A stretch of DNA of 63,927 nt, the filler included, from Chlamydiia bacterium (lineage in GTDB: Bacteria; Chlamydiota; Chlamydiia; Chlamydiales; FEN-1388), in assembly GCA_903848235.1 (NCBI GenBank). It is 9 parts of 9 records of this genome, joined end to end, with 100 filler letters (N's around TTAATTAATTAA, not from the genome) between each part and the next. Parts side by side here need not be neighbours in the genome. Positions count along the whole stretch, not along the records: positions 3,042 to 13,841 come from CAINFV010000050.1; positions 13,942 to 24,733 come from CAINFV010000051.1; 7 more parts are not named here. One strand, written 5' to 3'. The notes under the pieces are model-generated. The model was not told the origin of the DNA, did no database searches, and saw only the letters and a program-made list of their open reading frames with translations. The position numbers were made by a program, and so were the translations under genes. Shown piece by piece: positions 9,210 through 19,260 of this stretch; the first letter of the stretch is position 1; every line of letters starts with the position of its first letter.

Positions 9210-10103
9210 TTAGGAAAGTGGACTTTGGCAGCAATCACAGCCTTCTGTTTTGACTTGTGGGCAACCTGTTTCTTGAAGGCGCTCTTGCCTCCAGAATCGC
9301 AAGAGGTCGAGCATTCTGCGTTCTGCTGGCGGTAACACCTTTGTCAATCCTGGCTTGACACCCTCTTCAGAAAGAGCAAAGGCACGCATGGTATTGCAGG
9401 TTCTTCCTCCAAGGCGAATGCCAACACCTTGAATGCCAACCATATTCCCAAGGTCTCCAAACATCTCAAGCGCCATCTCGCAGGCGGTAATCATAAACAG
9501 CACGCGATGGTGTGGAAAGGCATCGATGACTTCCAGGACATGGTTCCCAATATCGTTAATGGTTGGGATGACGATGGGAATTGTCTTGCCGTGGGGCAGG
9601 GCATGCATGACTTTAGCGATGGCGCACTGCTGGCACACAGGATTACCAATCTCTGCACTGCAGCCATTCGAAAATCTCGCGCAAGGGCACTCATGGGGCT
9701 TCTGACAGTAGGAAAACCCAACAATGAGAAGAGTGTCATCTCTCTTCATAAGGGCATAAAGCTCTTCTACACTCCCGACTCCATAGAAAAAAAAATCTCC
9801 CTCTTTGTGATAGGCCTTGTCTTGAACCAGGGAGCTGAAGAACTGACAAATGTATTTGATTGGATGGCGAATCAGCAGGCGAAACAAGCGGCATCCGCCA
9901 TCTCTCCTGATAACCCAGCGAAAACCTTTCCATCGCATGGACCCCTCTTTAGGAGCTATGGGATGGCTGGACGGATAGAAGTCCGGGGCTTTTAAGGGCA
10001 TGGCATTGGCAGCCGCTGCTGCTGCAGCATCCCATGCTTCTTCTGCTTCTTCCCATGATTGATAATGATCCCAAAATCGCTCTTTCATTTTCCCAAAACG
10101 CAT
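9210..10103 (-). CDS. Cys-rich hypothetical protein, DUF116-like (start uncertain)
   Basis: YCQKPHECPC...CQQC...ITACEMAL...RTCNT cysteine pattern. Confidence 0.55.
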   Translation of the reverse strand: MRFGKMKERFWDHYQSWEEAEEAWDAAAAAAANAMPLKAPDFYPSSHPIAPKEGSMRWKGFRWVIRRDGGCRLFRLLIRHPIKYICQFFSSLVQDKAYHKEGDFFFYGVGSVEELYALMKRDDTLLIVGFSYCQKPHECPCARFSNGCSAEIGNPVCQQCAIAKVMHALPHGKTIPIVIPTINDIGNHVLEVIDAFPHHRVLFMITACEMALEMFGDLGNMVGIQGVGIRLGGRTCNTMRAFALSEEGVKPGLTKVLPPAERRMLDLLRFWRQERLQETGCPQVKTEGCDCCQSPLS

Positions 10104-10300
10104 TTTGTTTTCTCTCGTCGATAATTTTATATCAAAATGCAAATTGTATTGGAGAGATATTCGCCATTCAATTTCTTTTTGAAAATAAGCCTCGCTCGGT
10201 GTCCAACAAAAAAAATCTGGGGTGAGGAGCAGAAGTTTCTTGAAGACAAAAAAAGAATAGCTATCATTTATCTTTTTCCATTTTTGCAGGAGCATTTAGT

Positions 10301-11302
10301 ATGCGTTGTTTCATCTTAGGACTTGCCGTCCTTCCTCTTCTCATGGCACAACTATTCAGTGAGATGCCTCTTCAGCCCCCTTCTCTCCCAAAACATCCTG
10401 TTGTCGTTGCAAAGGAAGCTTCTCCATATCCATCTCTCCATGCCCGTCGTGTCAACAAACGTCTAAGAAAGTACCTGAAAGAAATCTTCCACGAGACGCA
10501 AAAAGCTTCATCCCACGGGTACAACGTTGCTGGCAATCACATTGTCCTCGACAAAAGTGTGGTCAAGCAGATGCAGCGCCACACGCGCGTTATCCACCAC
10601 CCAGGGCGCATCACCCATGGGCAGAAGAAATTTTCCACGCAAATCATGGTGACACGACGTGAAGTCATGGGCGCTGCACGAGAACAGGCCTTGGCAGGCA
10701 TGTCGACAGCAGTCCTCAATATAGCCCATGAAAACCGCCCCGGCGACAGCGTCTTTTGGGGCAAGCAGACTGAAGAAGCAGCGATTTTCAGAGTAACAAA
10801 CTACTTTTTAAGCCTTTTTCCCCACCTCAATCCAACGCTGAAAAAGCAGCTTAAAGATGGCAAATACCATGTTCCAGAATTTGGCGGGATCTATTCTCCT
10901 CATGTCTTTGTGTTTCGTGATAATCAAGAGCAGAATTTCCGGTATATCGCGAAGCCTATAGAAGTTGCCATCATCGCAAGCGTTCCTTATAACATGTGCC
11001 ATCATAGTTCCCATCACAACTCACCTGGAAGCCGCGGGAAGTATGTTAGCGGCACAAAAGAAAAGATACGTGCTATCTTTCGTATCGCTGCTCACAAAGG
11101 GCATACTGCAGTGATCCTCAGCGACTATGGCTGTGTTGAACGACGCAACCAACCAAAAGTGGTCAGCCGTCTGTTCAAAGAGGTGTTGCTTGAATCCGAA
11201 TTTCATGGTGTGTTTCAAATCGTCGAATTCGCAGTTCCAGTGGCAATGACAAAACAGCTTTTCCTAGACTTTTCACGAACCTTGAATGGGTTGGTTCAGT
11301 AG
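10301..11302 (+). CDS. TIGR02452/DUF2263 bacterial PARG-like macrodomain protein with signal peptide and degenerate catalytic loop
   Basis: AVLNIA...PGDSVFWGKQTEEAAIFR; IYSPHVFVFRD; KIRAIFRIAAHKGHTAVILSDYGC...NQPKVVSRLFKEVL. Confidence 0.8.
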   Translation: MRCFILGLAVLPLLMAQLFSEMPLQPPSLPKHPVVVAKEASPYPSLHARRVNKRLRKYLKEIFHETQKASSHGYNVAGNHIVLDKSVVKQMQRHTRVIHHPGRITHGQKKFSTQIMVTRREVMGAAREQALAGMSTAVLNIAHENRPGDSVFWGKQTEEAAIFRVTNYFLSLFPHLNPTLKKQLKDGKYHVPEFGGIYSPHVFVFRDNQEQNFRYIAKPIEVAIIASVPYNMCHHSSHHNSPGSRGKYVSGTKEKIRAIFRIAAHKGHTAVILSDYGCVERRNQPKVVSRLFKEVLLESEFHGVFQIVEFAVPVAMTKQLFLDFSRTLNGLVQ

Positions 11303-11305
11303 TAC

Positions 11306-11339
11306 AAAAAAAACCGGGCATGCGTACGCGTGCCCGGTT
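11306..11339. terminator. Intrinsic terminator between convergent genes
   Basis: A-run then AACCGGGCATGCG-TA-CGCGTGCCCGGTT stem; gives a U-tail on the minus strand. Confidence 0.7.
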
Positions 11340-11365
11340 CTATCGATGCAAATGCTTCTCTCACA

Positions 11366-11590
11366 TTACCCGTCTAATCCTGGGGGATCTTCAGGCATTC
11401 CTTCTTCAAAAATTCGATTTTGATTCTGTTCATATTCAGAGAGCTCTTGTGCCGCTGCCTTCACAGATTGTAAGCCATCAGCAAATCCCACCGAACGTAA
11501 GAGCTGATCTATATATTCAAGTTCCGCTGTCAGCTGATCATTTTGAAACTCAAGTTGAGCTATACGCTCGTGCAGGTCTTCGTTTTCCAT
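11366..11590 (-). CDS. Small coiled-coil hypothetical protein
   Basis: IAQLEFQNDQL..EL.YID.LLRSVGF; followed by a terminator. Confidence 0.7.
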   Translation of the reverse strand: MENEDLHERIAQLEFQNDQLTAELEYIDQLLRSVGFADGLQSVKAAAQELSEYEQNQNRIFEEGMPEDPPGLDG

Positions 11591-11649
11591 AGACAACGCC
11601 CCTCATACATCATTTCATCTGCATTGTATGGATGGAAAAATTATTTCCT

Positions 11650-11665
11650 AGAGGCTTTTGCAAAA
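11650..11665. repeat. Solo arm of palindromic element family B
   Basis: AGAGGCTTTTGCAAAA identical to 39809-39824. Confidence 0.55.
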
Positions 11666-11689
11666 TGAACGGCCATCCGCAGCGACGGA

Positions 11690-13051
11690 TTATTGATGAA
11701 CAATAGTTTCAACACGCACACCGTCAATCCTTTCATGTTGCATCAGAGATGGCGACAATCGCAACGCTGCTGGCACAGGAAGCTCTGAGACATTAACGCC
11801 AGATTCTGACAGGCGTTTTACAGAGACCAACAAGCGATTTTCGAAGGAACCAACAGCTCTGTCATACGCCTTTACACTGCGCTCTAGATGCTTGCCAATC
11901 TCACAGAAATGTTCTGAGAAAATGGTACACCGATCCATCCATGTCTTCGCCTCGTCGATAACCATCTGGGCATGCTTTTCTATCTTCGCCTCTCCCCAGC
12001 TATAGGCAATGACTTTCAGCATGGCAATCAGCGACGTCGGCGTTGCTAGTAACACCCGCTGACTGCTGGCGAATTCTAACAGCTCAACATCATGCTCTAA
12101 GGCGGGCGCCAAAAAGCAGTCTCCATGCAAAAACAAAACGACAAAATCAGGCGTCTGAGAAAACTGATCCCAATAGCGCTTCTGCGAGAGACGTACCACA
12201 TGCTGCCGCACATGCTTTGCATGTTGAACGAGTTTTTCAACACGTCCCTCAGGCTCCTCGCACTGCAGGGCATCAAGATATGCTCCCAGTGAGACCTTCG
12301 CATCAATGACAACAAGCCTGTCATTGGGAAGGCGCACCACCATATCAGGACGTAACGACCCATCTTCTACTGCAATACATACCTGTTCGTCAAAATCACA
12401 GTAGGACAGCATCCCTGCTATTTCCACAACGCGTCTGAGCTGAATCTCCCCCCATCTTCCCCTTACCGTTGGCTCTCGCAAGGCCTTGACAAGGTTGCCG
12501 GTCTCTTTTTGCAAGAGTATCTGCGTCGTCGATAGCTGGTGCAGCTGTTGTGTCACACTGTCATAGGCACCACGGCGGGCAAGCTCTAGCTCCTGTACCT
12601 TTTTTTCCATCTGCTCTAAGCTCGACCGCAATGGCAGGATGACCGTTGACACTTCAGCTTGTTTTTTCTCCACCGAGCTCGAGATCAGGGTATGATATTG
12701 TGCAAAGGTCTCCTTTGCCATGTCAAAAAAAGACCGCTGAGCGCGGAAGAAAGCGTCGTTAGACAGCGCCTCAAAACGCTCAACGAGCGATTGCCGTGTC
12801 TTCTCCACAAGCTGTTCTGTCCTGGAAGCTAGTTGCTTGCCGGCTTCTACCTCATGTTCTAACAGGCGGGAATGCACCTTCTGATCTTCTAATGCTGCAA
12901 GAAGACGAGCATTTTCTTCGTCTACCTCTGCAATCTCAGCGCGAAGGTCGCTATTTTTCTTTTTCACCGCCACCATCAAATGCCACTGGAAAAACGCCGC
13001 TCCTGCAAAGAGAGCGACAAGACAGAGAAAGAGACTACCCACAGAAATCAC
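11690..13051 (-). CDS. rmuC: DNA recombination protein RmuC
   Basis: N-terminal TM and coiled coil; RGRWGEIQLRRVVE, LRPDMVV.LP, IDAK, TPTSLIAML. Confidence 0.93.
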   Translation of the reverse strand: MISVGSLFLCLVALFAGAAFFQWHLMVAVKKKNSDLRAEIAEVDEENARLLAALEDQKVHSRLLEHEVEAGKQLASRTEQLVEKTRQSLVERFEALSNDAFFRAQRSFFDMAKETFAQYHTLISSSVEKKQAEVSTVILPLRSSLEQMEKKVQELELARRGAYDSVTQQLHQLSTTQILLQKETGNLVKALREPTVRGRWGEIQLRRVVEIAGMLSYCDFDEQVCIAVEDGSLRPDMVVRLPNDRLVVIDAKVSLGAYLDALQCEEPEGRVEKLVQHAKHVRQHVVRLSQKRYWDQFSQTPDFVVLFLHGDCFLAPALEHDVELLEFASSQRVLLATPTSLIAMLKVIAYSWGEAKIEKHAQMVIDEAKTWMDRCTIFSEHFCEIGKHLERSVKAYDRAVGSFENRLLVSVKRLSESGVNVSELPVPAALRLSPSLMQHERIDGVRVETIVHQ

Positions 13052-13099
13052 CTACATAATAAATACGACCTTAACCTATTGAGATTCTACTCTTTACAG

Positions 13100-13170
13100 A
13101 GAGGCTATTACAACAACAGATCAATGGTCGCAGCCAGCGTAGTTATCTAACTTATTCTTGCACAGTCCCT
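13100..13170. repeat. Degenerate chimeric palindromic-element relic (B-like left end plus C-like right half)
   Basis: 13117-13170 aligns without gaps to 51200-51253 (41/54 by hand); preceded by AGAGGCTATTACAA, similar to the family B arm. Confidence 0.65.
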
Positions 13171-13206
13171 AAGAGAAAGAGTTTGAGCGGTACGAGCGGA
13201 CATCGG

Positions 13207-13841
13207 TTATTTCTTTTTGAGCCTGAGTCTTTGATGATTTCCCTCAACGCCGTTAGCATAGACAACAGTGAGAGAAAATTTTTCCCACGATTTCTTATGA
13301 ATCAAGTGCCTGGTAAAGAAGGGCTTCTGATGAGGACGAAACATTTGAAGCAGTGTGGAATTTTTATACACTCTGTACCCGGCAACGCTTGGTAAGGAGC
13401 TTTGTTGCCACCAGGATTCCAACCGATATTTACGGACAGCTTTGTGATGTCTTTTTTTAACTCGTCCGCGAAAATCCGATCGGACGTTGACGTAGGTATA
13501 CAGATCCGCATCACTGGTCTTTGACGTTCCCTCATGGGTCACAACGGTAACATCAACTGTTACTGTTTTCCTTTGCGTGTTCTCCGGGGCTATCGCCACA
13601 ATCGTTGTAGGGGAAACAACGGAAAAGCTCGCTGCCGTAGGGCCAAAATTGACCCCTAACACGTCTATAAAGTTCTCCCCTGTAATTGTTACGTTATTGC
13701 CTCCTTGAGACGGCCCCTCATTCGGGCCGATAGTGCCGACGACTGGCAAAAGGACCACTGGAGGGACATACGTATAATGATCAGCTGCAGTGATAGGAGA
13801 GCTTCCGGTTTGGGTTTGTACTACGACGTCGACAGTTCCTA
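13207..13841 (-). CDS. Tandem IPT/TIG-domain surface protein, C-terminal part (5' lost at contig end)
   Basis: Frame open to the contig edge: GTVDVVVQTQTGSSPITAADHYTY, then GP..GGNNVTITGENF...VDVTVVTHEGTS..DLYTY and a basic C-terminal domain. Confidence 0.85.
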
Positions 13842-13941
13842 NNNNNNNNNNNNNNNNNNNNNNNNNNNNNNNNNNNNNNNNNNNNTTAATTAATTAANNN
13901 NNNNNNNNNNNNNNNNNNNNNNNNNNNNNNNNNNNNNNNNN
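13842..13941. other. Artificial contig linker
   Basis: N44-TTAATTAATTAA-N44. Confidence 0.99.
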
Positions 13942-14489
13942 AGCGCGAAGTGCCCGATCTTCTCATCAATAGCGCTGGCGTTGGCTCTTATGGGCTGTTT
14001 GTTGATACTGAGCTGGAGCAATCTGAGCAGATCATACAGGTGAATGTCATGGCTCTTATGGCGATCACCTATGCGTGGTCTCGCGCTCTGATCAGCCGGT
14101 CGAAGAGTGGAAAGGTGATCTTCGTATCATCATCAGCAGCTCTTCTGCCATGCCCTGGGATGGCGGCATATGCTGCTTCAAAAGCCTTTCTGAACAGTTT
14201 TGCCGAAGCTCTTCGCTTTGAACTTAAAGATCGAGGTATCGCTGTCCTCACTGTCTGTCCCGGGTATTTTACTACAAATTTCCAACGGCGGGCATCAGGC
14301 AGATCGTTAGTCGATCCGTCCTCTCCTGCTGCCTTTCGGGTGGCGCGGCAGGTTGTTCGAGTGATAGAGAAGGAAGGAGTCTGTGTTCTCAGACCATGGA
14401 GATGGCTTCTTACGCTTCGCTGGCTCTTCCCACACAGTATTGTGATGAACTACATACGACGGCGTTCGCTTCGCCTTCTGCATCATTAA
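13942..14489 (+). CDS. Short-chain dehydrogenase/reductase (5' partial)
   Basis: LINSAG, VSSS, YAASK catalytic motif. Confidence 0.9.
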
Positions 14490-15457
14490 GCAGACCAGCC
14501 AAATTCGCAGGAGACGTATGCCACAAGCTTCCTTGTGTCTTCTGTAAAGAGGCGTATGCCCTCTGACAGTTTTTCGGAGGCCATCTGGTCTTCGTTGAGA
14601 AGGAATCGGAAATGGGGCTCTGAAGTTGCAATCTTCATGAGGTCTGAGGGCATCTCCATCTCCTTGCTGAGCTGTCGTTCCACAGTCTCTGTGGATTGAG
14701 AGAGCTCATCGAGGAATTTCGGAGAGACTGTCAGAAGGTCGCATCCTGCAAGAGCCAGGACTTCGTTTTTGTTTCTGAAGCTCGCTCCCATGATGGCTGT
14801 CTTACTGCCAAATTTCTTGAGATACTGGTAGATCCGTTTTACCACTAAGACCCCAGGATCGTTGGCAGCGGTGTAGGATAGTGAGGGGTTATTCTTCTTA
14901 AACCAATCGAGGATACGCCCTACAAAGGGAGAGACGAGGGTGACCTTTGCTTCAGCACAGGCGGCAGCTTGAACAAGGGAGAAGATCAGTGTCATATTGC
15001 AGTGAATGCCGACCATCTCCAGGACTTCTGCTGCTCGAATCCCTTCGATAGTCGAGGCGAGCTTGATGAGAACCCTCTCACGGGGGATGCCATGCTGCTC
15101 ATAGAGGCTGACAATCTGCACTGCCCGCTCTATGCTGCCCTTGGTATCAAAGGAAAGCGAGGCTTCAACTTCAGTGGAGACCCTGCCAGGGATTATCTTG
15201 AGAAGCTCAACGCCGAATAGAACAAAAAGCGTGTCGATGAGGAGGGCGCGACGGTGTTCTGACGTTGTCCCACGGGTTGATTCAGCGATGGCGCGTTCGA
15301 TCAAAGAGCGGTATTCAGTCTTCTGTGCTGCCTGGAAGACAAGGGTGGGGTTTGTCGTGGCATCAATAGGATTATAACTTTTAATGATGTCAAAATCGCT
15401 GGAGTCAGAGACAACAACTGTCATCTTTCGCAGCTGATCCAGTTGGTTCATTGGCAT
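14486..15457 (-). CDS. tal: Transaldolase
   Basis: DATTNPTL, GRVSTEV, LIKLAST, CNMTLIFS, SPFVGRILDW, MGASFRN. Confidence 0.97.
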   Translation of the reverse strand: MPMNQLDQLRKMTVVVSDSSDFDIIKSYNPIDATTNPTLVFQAAQKTEYRSLIERAIAESTRGTTSEHRRALLIDTLFVLFGVELLKIIPGRVSTEVEASLSFDTKGSIERAVQIVSLYEQHGIPRERVLIKLASTIEGIRAAEVLEMVGIHCNMTLIFSLVQAAACAEAKVTLVSPFVGRILDWFKKNNPSLSYTAANDPGVLVVKRIYQYLKKFGSKTAIMGASFRNKNEVLALAGCDLLTVSPKFLDELSQSTETVERQLSKEMEMPSDLMKIATSEPHFRFLLNEDQMASEKLSEGIRLFTEDTRKLVAYVSCEFGWSA

Positions 15458-15468
15458 GGCTGTCTTCC

Positions 15469-15867
15469 CTAGAGTGTAGATTCAATGGATTCTTCGTTCG
15501 CGAATGCTTCACCAATTTTCAAAGGCTCTGTCCTTGATGCGATAGAAATCTTTTTCCCATCGACTTCGAGGTCAAGGGTAGATTTAAGACGTGTCAGGAG
15601 AAGGCGAAAAGGGATTTTTACTTCTATGGATCCAACAGTGACGGCAATAGCCGCGTTGGCAAGGATCTCTTCTGATGCTTTCAGCTGCTGGCAGAGACCT
15701 ACAAACAGCTTCATCTGCCGCGCTATGGTGCTCGAGTCTATGCCGAACTGCTTGTTGCAGCCAGAACAGCGAGAGATCCAGGGGAGCTTTGCTGAAGGGC
15801 GATAGGGAATAGAGACGAGGGTGCCACAGTGGGTGCAATGAATTTGAATTGAAAAACCGTGTGCCAC
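15469..15867 (-). CDS. Hypothetical protein with CxxC...CxxC zinc ribbon
   Basis: CTHC...CSGC; GTG start at 15867 with AGGA upstream. Confidence 0.65.
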   Translation of the reverse strand: MAHGFSIQIHCTHCGTLVSIPYRPSAKLPWISRCSGCNKQFGIDSSTIARQMKLFVGLCQQLKASEEILANAAIAVTVGSIEVKIPFRLLLTRLKSTLDLEVDGKKISIASRTEPLKIGEAFANEESIESTL

Positions 15868-15967
15868 AAGAGTTCCTATGGGAAAAATTCCGTGCTTAGC
15901 ACGAAGGATATGATGAAGAGAGGTTTGTTGGCAAAGAGGCAGTTGAAAATTTTCTCTCTTGCCGCCC

Positions 15968-16648
15968 TTAGTCTGCCATCCCTCGTGACATGTCAACAAA
16001 CTCCTTTCGATACTCCGCTGACGTCTTGAAAATGCCGCTTGTAAAGAAGGTGGTGGTCGCTGACGCCTCATCTTTAGTGCCGCGAGCTATGACGCAGGAA
16101 TGCTGTGCTTTGATCATGACGGCAACGTCAGGATGGCCAAGAAGCGTGGCGAGGCTATCGCCGATCTGTGCTGAGAGGCGCTCTTGCAGCTGGGGGCGTG
16201 CTGCAAAATAGCGGGCGATCCGTGAGATTTTTGATAACCCGATAATCTTGTCTTTTGGCAGGTAGCCGACATAGGCGGTACCGATCATCGGGACAAGATG
16301 GTGCTCGCAGAAGCTGACTATATTGACCCGTGTGATGACAAGGCGCCCGATGGTTGGAGCTACTTCGTGCCCTTGATCTTCAAAGAGCGTAACATTGGGA
16401 AACGCCTCGATATCAAGACCTGCAAAGATCTCATCGACGTACATGGCGGCAACCCGTTCAGGAGTTTGTGCAAGAGAGTCGTTTTTGAGGTCAAGGCCGA
16501 GCACTTCCATAATGCCTTTCATATGCCGAGCAATAGCAGCAATTTTCTCTTCTCGCGTGTGTGCGGAGAAGGCATCAGGAAGAATAGGGGTTGGAAATCG
16601 CGTGGTGGCGGCTTTTTTGATGAGAGCCTTTGATAGCGGTTTTGGCAT
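15968..16648 (-). CDS. folE: GTP cyclohydrolase I
   Basis: TPERVAAMY, SFCEHH, GLSKISR, QLQERL, HSCVIARG. Confidence 0.95.
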   Translation of the reverse strand: MPKPLSKALIKKAATTRFPTPILPDAFSAHTREEKIAAIARHMKGIMEVLGLDLKNDSLAQTPERVAAMYVDEIFAGLDIEAFPNVTLFEDQGHEVAPTIGRLVITRVNIVSFCEHHLVPMIGTAYVGYLPKDKIIGLSKISRIARYFAARPQLQERLSAQIGDSLATLLGHPDVAVMIKAQHSCVIARGTKDEASATTTFFTSGIFKTSAEYRKEFVDMSRGMAD

Positions 16649-16664
16649 ATACGTCCTAAAAGAA

Positions 16665-17396
16665 TTATCTTTTTTGTTGCGATGCGATCTCTGATGCCAC
16701 GATGGCAAATGCATTGGCAACATTCAAGGAATTTTTACAGCCGGTGAGCGGAATGGTGACGACTGTGTCGCAGCGCTGTAGCACCGCAGCTCGTATGCCA
16801 CGCTCTTCATTGCCCATCACCAGGGTACATGGAATTGGGTATATCCATTCGTTATATGGAGTAGCGTCTGACACCGTTTCAATGGCAATCCAAGGGCGTG
16901 GCAGGGTTTCCATGTCAATGCCGTGTGTCGTGACGACGTGGCTCCATGTTCCCATAGACGTCTTCTGAATCTGCTGGTGGTCTTGAGCCATCATGTCTTC
17001 TGAGAGATGGACAGGGCCTATGCGAAAGGCTTCTGCTGTTCTGAGGACACTTCCTACATTATGGCATGAGCGCAGGCCATCGAGGTATGTGTGAATACCC
17101 ATCCACGCTCCTCCATCCGCTGCGTCTCCAACGACCATGGTGTTTAGGAAGTCATGTTCTGCAAGAGATCTTCCAGAACGACGCATGTGTTCGTGAAAGC
17201 GCTGTTCAATTGCTTCAGTGTCCAAGGTTATTTGCGAGATGCCCATCCAGGAGCAGAGCTTGTCATACTCTTCTTTGAGCTCTGTTCGTCCTCTGCAGCA
17301 ATACAGCTCCTTGAGGAGCTCTGAGCATTTTTTATCTTGCTGCTCACTGGGCATCGCTTCGAATGTTGTTTTCGAAAACTGGAAGATGCGTCGCAT
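16665..17396 (-). CDS. TrmH/SpoU family RNA methyltransferase
   Basis: NVGSVLRTAEAF, MGNEERGI, SLNVANA. Confidence 0.88.
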   Translation of the reverse strand: MRRIFQFSKTTFEAMPSEQQDKKCSELLKELYCCRGRTELKEEYDKLCSWMGISQITLDTEAIEQRFHEHMRRSGRSLAEHDFLNTMVVGDAADGGAWMGIHTYLDGLRSCHNVGSVLRTAEAFRIGPVHLSEDMMAQDHQQIQKTSMGTWSHVVTTHGIDMETLPRPWIAIETVSDATPYNEWIYPIPCTLVMGNEERGIRAAVLQRCDTVVTIPLTGCKNSLNVANAFAIVASEIASQQKR

Positions 17397-17400
17397 TCTT

Positions 17401-18999
17401 TTATAGGGCCTCGTTGCCTTTGGCTTTGACAGCAAGGTACTCTTCCAGCGGGCCGTCGAATACGGTGATTCCCCTGTCGTCAAAGGAGATGATCTTTGTG
17501 GCAAAGCGATCAATGAGATCGCGGTCGTGACTTGCGACGATAGCCGTTCCCTTATACTCCTCAAGAGCCCACCCGAGGGCAGAGACTGCTTCGAGGTCGA
17601 GATGGTTATTAGGCTCGTCCATGATGATGCAGTTGTGTTCTGCGAGGATCATACCTCCGATGATGAGGCGTGCTGTCTCTCCTCCTGAGAGAGCGCAGAC
17701 AGGCTTGAAGGCATCGTCTCCTGCAAAGAGCATCTTCCCAAGAATCGACCGTATCTCTTGGTCGTAGACACCTGCTTTTTTGCCCTTCAGCCAGTCGAAG
17801 AGTGTAATTGAGCTACTTTTGTCGATGAGCTCTTCATGGCTTTGGGGGAAGTAGGAGATAGCGACTTGGTGGCCTGGGTTCACAGTGCCTTTGTCTGGGG
17901 TGAGGACAGAAGCGAGCATCCTCAGAAGCGTTGTCTTGCCAAGGCCGTTATTGCCGATGATGCCGATCTTATCGCCGCGGAAGACTTCGAGTGAGAAGTT
18001 GCGGATGACTGGAGGGCCGTCAAAGGTCTTAAAAACGCCTTCTGCGTTGATCACCAGCTTTCCAGCCTGTTTTTCGGTGGGGATAAAGCGGATATAAGGG
18101 CGCTGGATATTCGATGTTTTTTGATCTTGAGGCTGGAGGCGGTCTATTTCCTTGATGCGAGACTGCACCTGGCTGGCACGTGTCCCGGAGCCAAATTTTG
18201 CAACAAACTCTCGCAGCTGAGCGATTTTCTTTTCTTTCGACTTTGCCTCATGTTCTGCTCGTGAGCGGACAGAGGACTTGGTGACCACCATGTCATCGTA
18301 GTTTCCAGGATAGATGATCACTGTCTCATAGTCGATGTCGGCGATATGCGTGGTGACGGCGTTGAGGAAGTGGCGGTCGTGGCTGACTACGATCAGCGTC
18401 CCTCTGTAGCTTTTCAAGAACCCTTCGAGCCAGCCAATGGACCCTAAGTCAAGGTGGTTTGTCGGCTCGTCGAGGAGAAGGGCTTCGGGATCGCCGAACA
18501 GCGATTGGCAGAGGAGCGCTCGAAACTGCATGTCCTGGGGGATCTCATGCATCAACCGTTGGCAGTCGCCCGGCGGCACTCCAATCCCATGAAGAAGAGC
18601 CTCGGCAGTGCTCTCTGCTGAATAGCCATCTTCTTCGGCGAAAATCGTCTCCAGTTCTCCGAGTTCGAACCCAACCTCATCGGTCATCTCCTGTTCATAC
18701 AGAGCGTCGCGACGGCGCATAGCATTCCACAGACGAGTATTCCCCATGATGACCGTATTGATGACAGAAATCTGGCTGAACTCGCTGATATTTTGCTTGA
18801 GGAATCCTAGGCGTTTTGGCTTGGCGATCAGCCCTTTTGTAGGCTTTGTAATGCCGACGATGATTTTCAGGAGTGTTGACTTTCCTGAGCCATTTGGACC
18901 CGTCAACCCGTAGCGGTTGCCCGGGGAAAAGGCGATGGAGACATCTTCGAAGAGGGTGCGGCCCCCAACGATTTCAGTAATGGAATCCAGAGCGATCAT
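17401..18999 (-). CDS. ABC-F family ATP-binding protein
   Basis: Two ABC domains (GPNGSGKST, LLLDEPTNHLD; GNNGLGKT, LSGGE, DEPNNHLD), no TM segments. Confidence 0.93.
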   Translation of the reverse strand: MIALDSITEIVGGRTLFEDVSIAFSPGNRYGLTGPNGSGKSTLLKIIVGITKPTKGLIAKPKRLGFLKQNISEFSQISVINTVIMGNTRLWNAMRRRDALYEQEMTDEVGFELGELETIFAEEDGYSAESTAEALLHGIGVPPGDCQRLMHEIPQDMQFRALLCQSLFGDPEALLLDEPTNHLDLGSIGWLEGFLKSYRGTLIVVSHDRHFLNAVTTHIADIDYETVIIYPGNYDDMVVTKSSVRSRAEHEAKSKEKKIAQLREFVAKFGSGTRASQVQSRIKEIDRLQPQDQKTSNIQRPYIRFIPTEKQAGKLVINAEGVFKTFDGPPVIRNFSLEVFRGDKIGIIGNNGLGKTTLLRMLASVLTPDKGTVNPGHQVAISYFPQSHEELIDKSSSITLFDWLKGKKAGVYDQEIRSILGKMLFAGDDAFKPVCALSGGETARLIIGGMILAEHNCIIMDEPNNHLDLEAVSALGWALEEYKGTAIVASHDRDLIDRFATKIISFDDRGITVFDGPLEEYLAVKAKGNEAL

Positions 19000-19260
19000 G
19001 GGTAGTCAAAAGCCTTTTGTTGGTTTAAGAGAACAAATGATACCACAAAATGGGAGTTTCAATGAGGGTCAATTTCGTTGGACGACCTTTCGCTATCAAT
19101 GCAGCGTCCTCCCGTTGCTCTATTCTGGCTGTTGTTGAATTGCATCATCGTTGATGATTCCTTGACGGATACTGAAGAAATAAATATGAGTAAGGCTGTG
19201 TGTTTCAGACCTTAAATTGGTGTCTTTTGATGTGTAATTCTGCGACTTTGATTTTACGTT

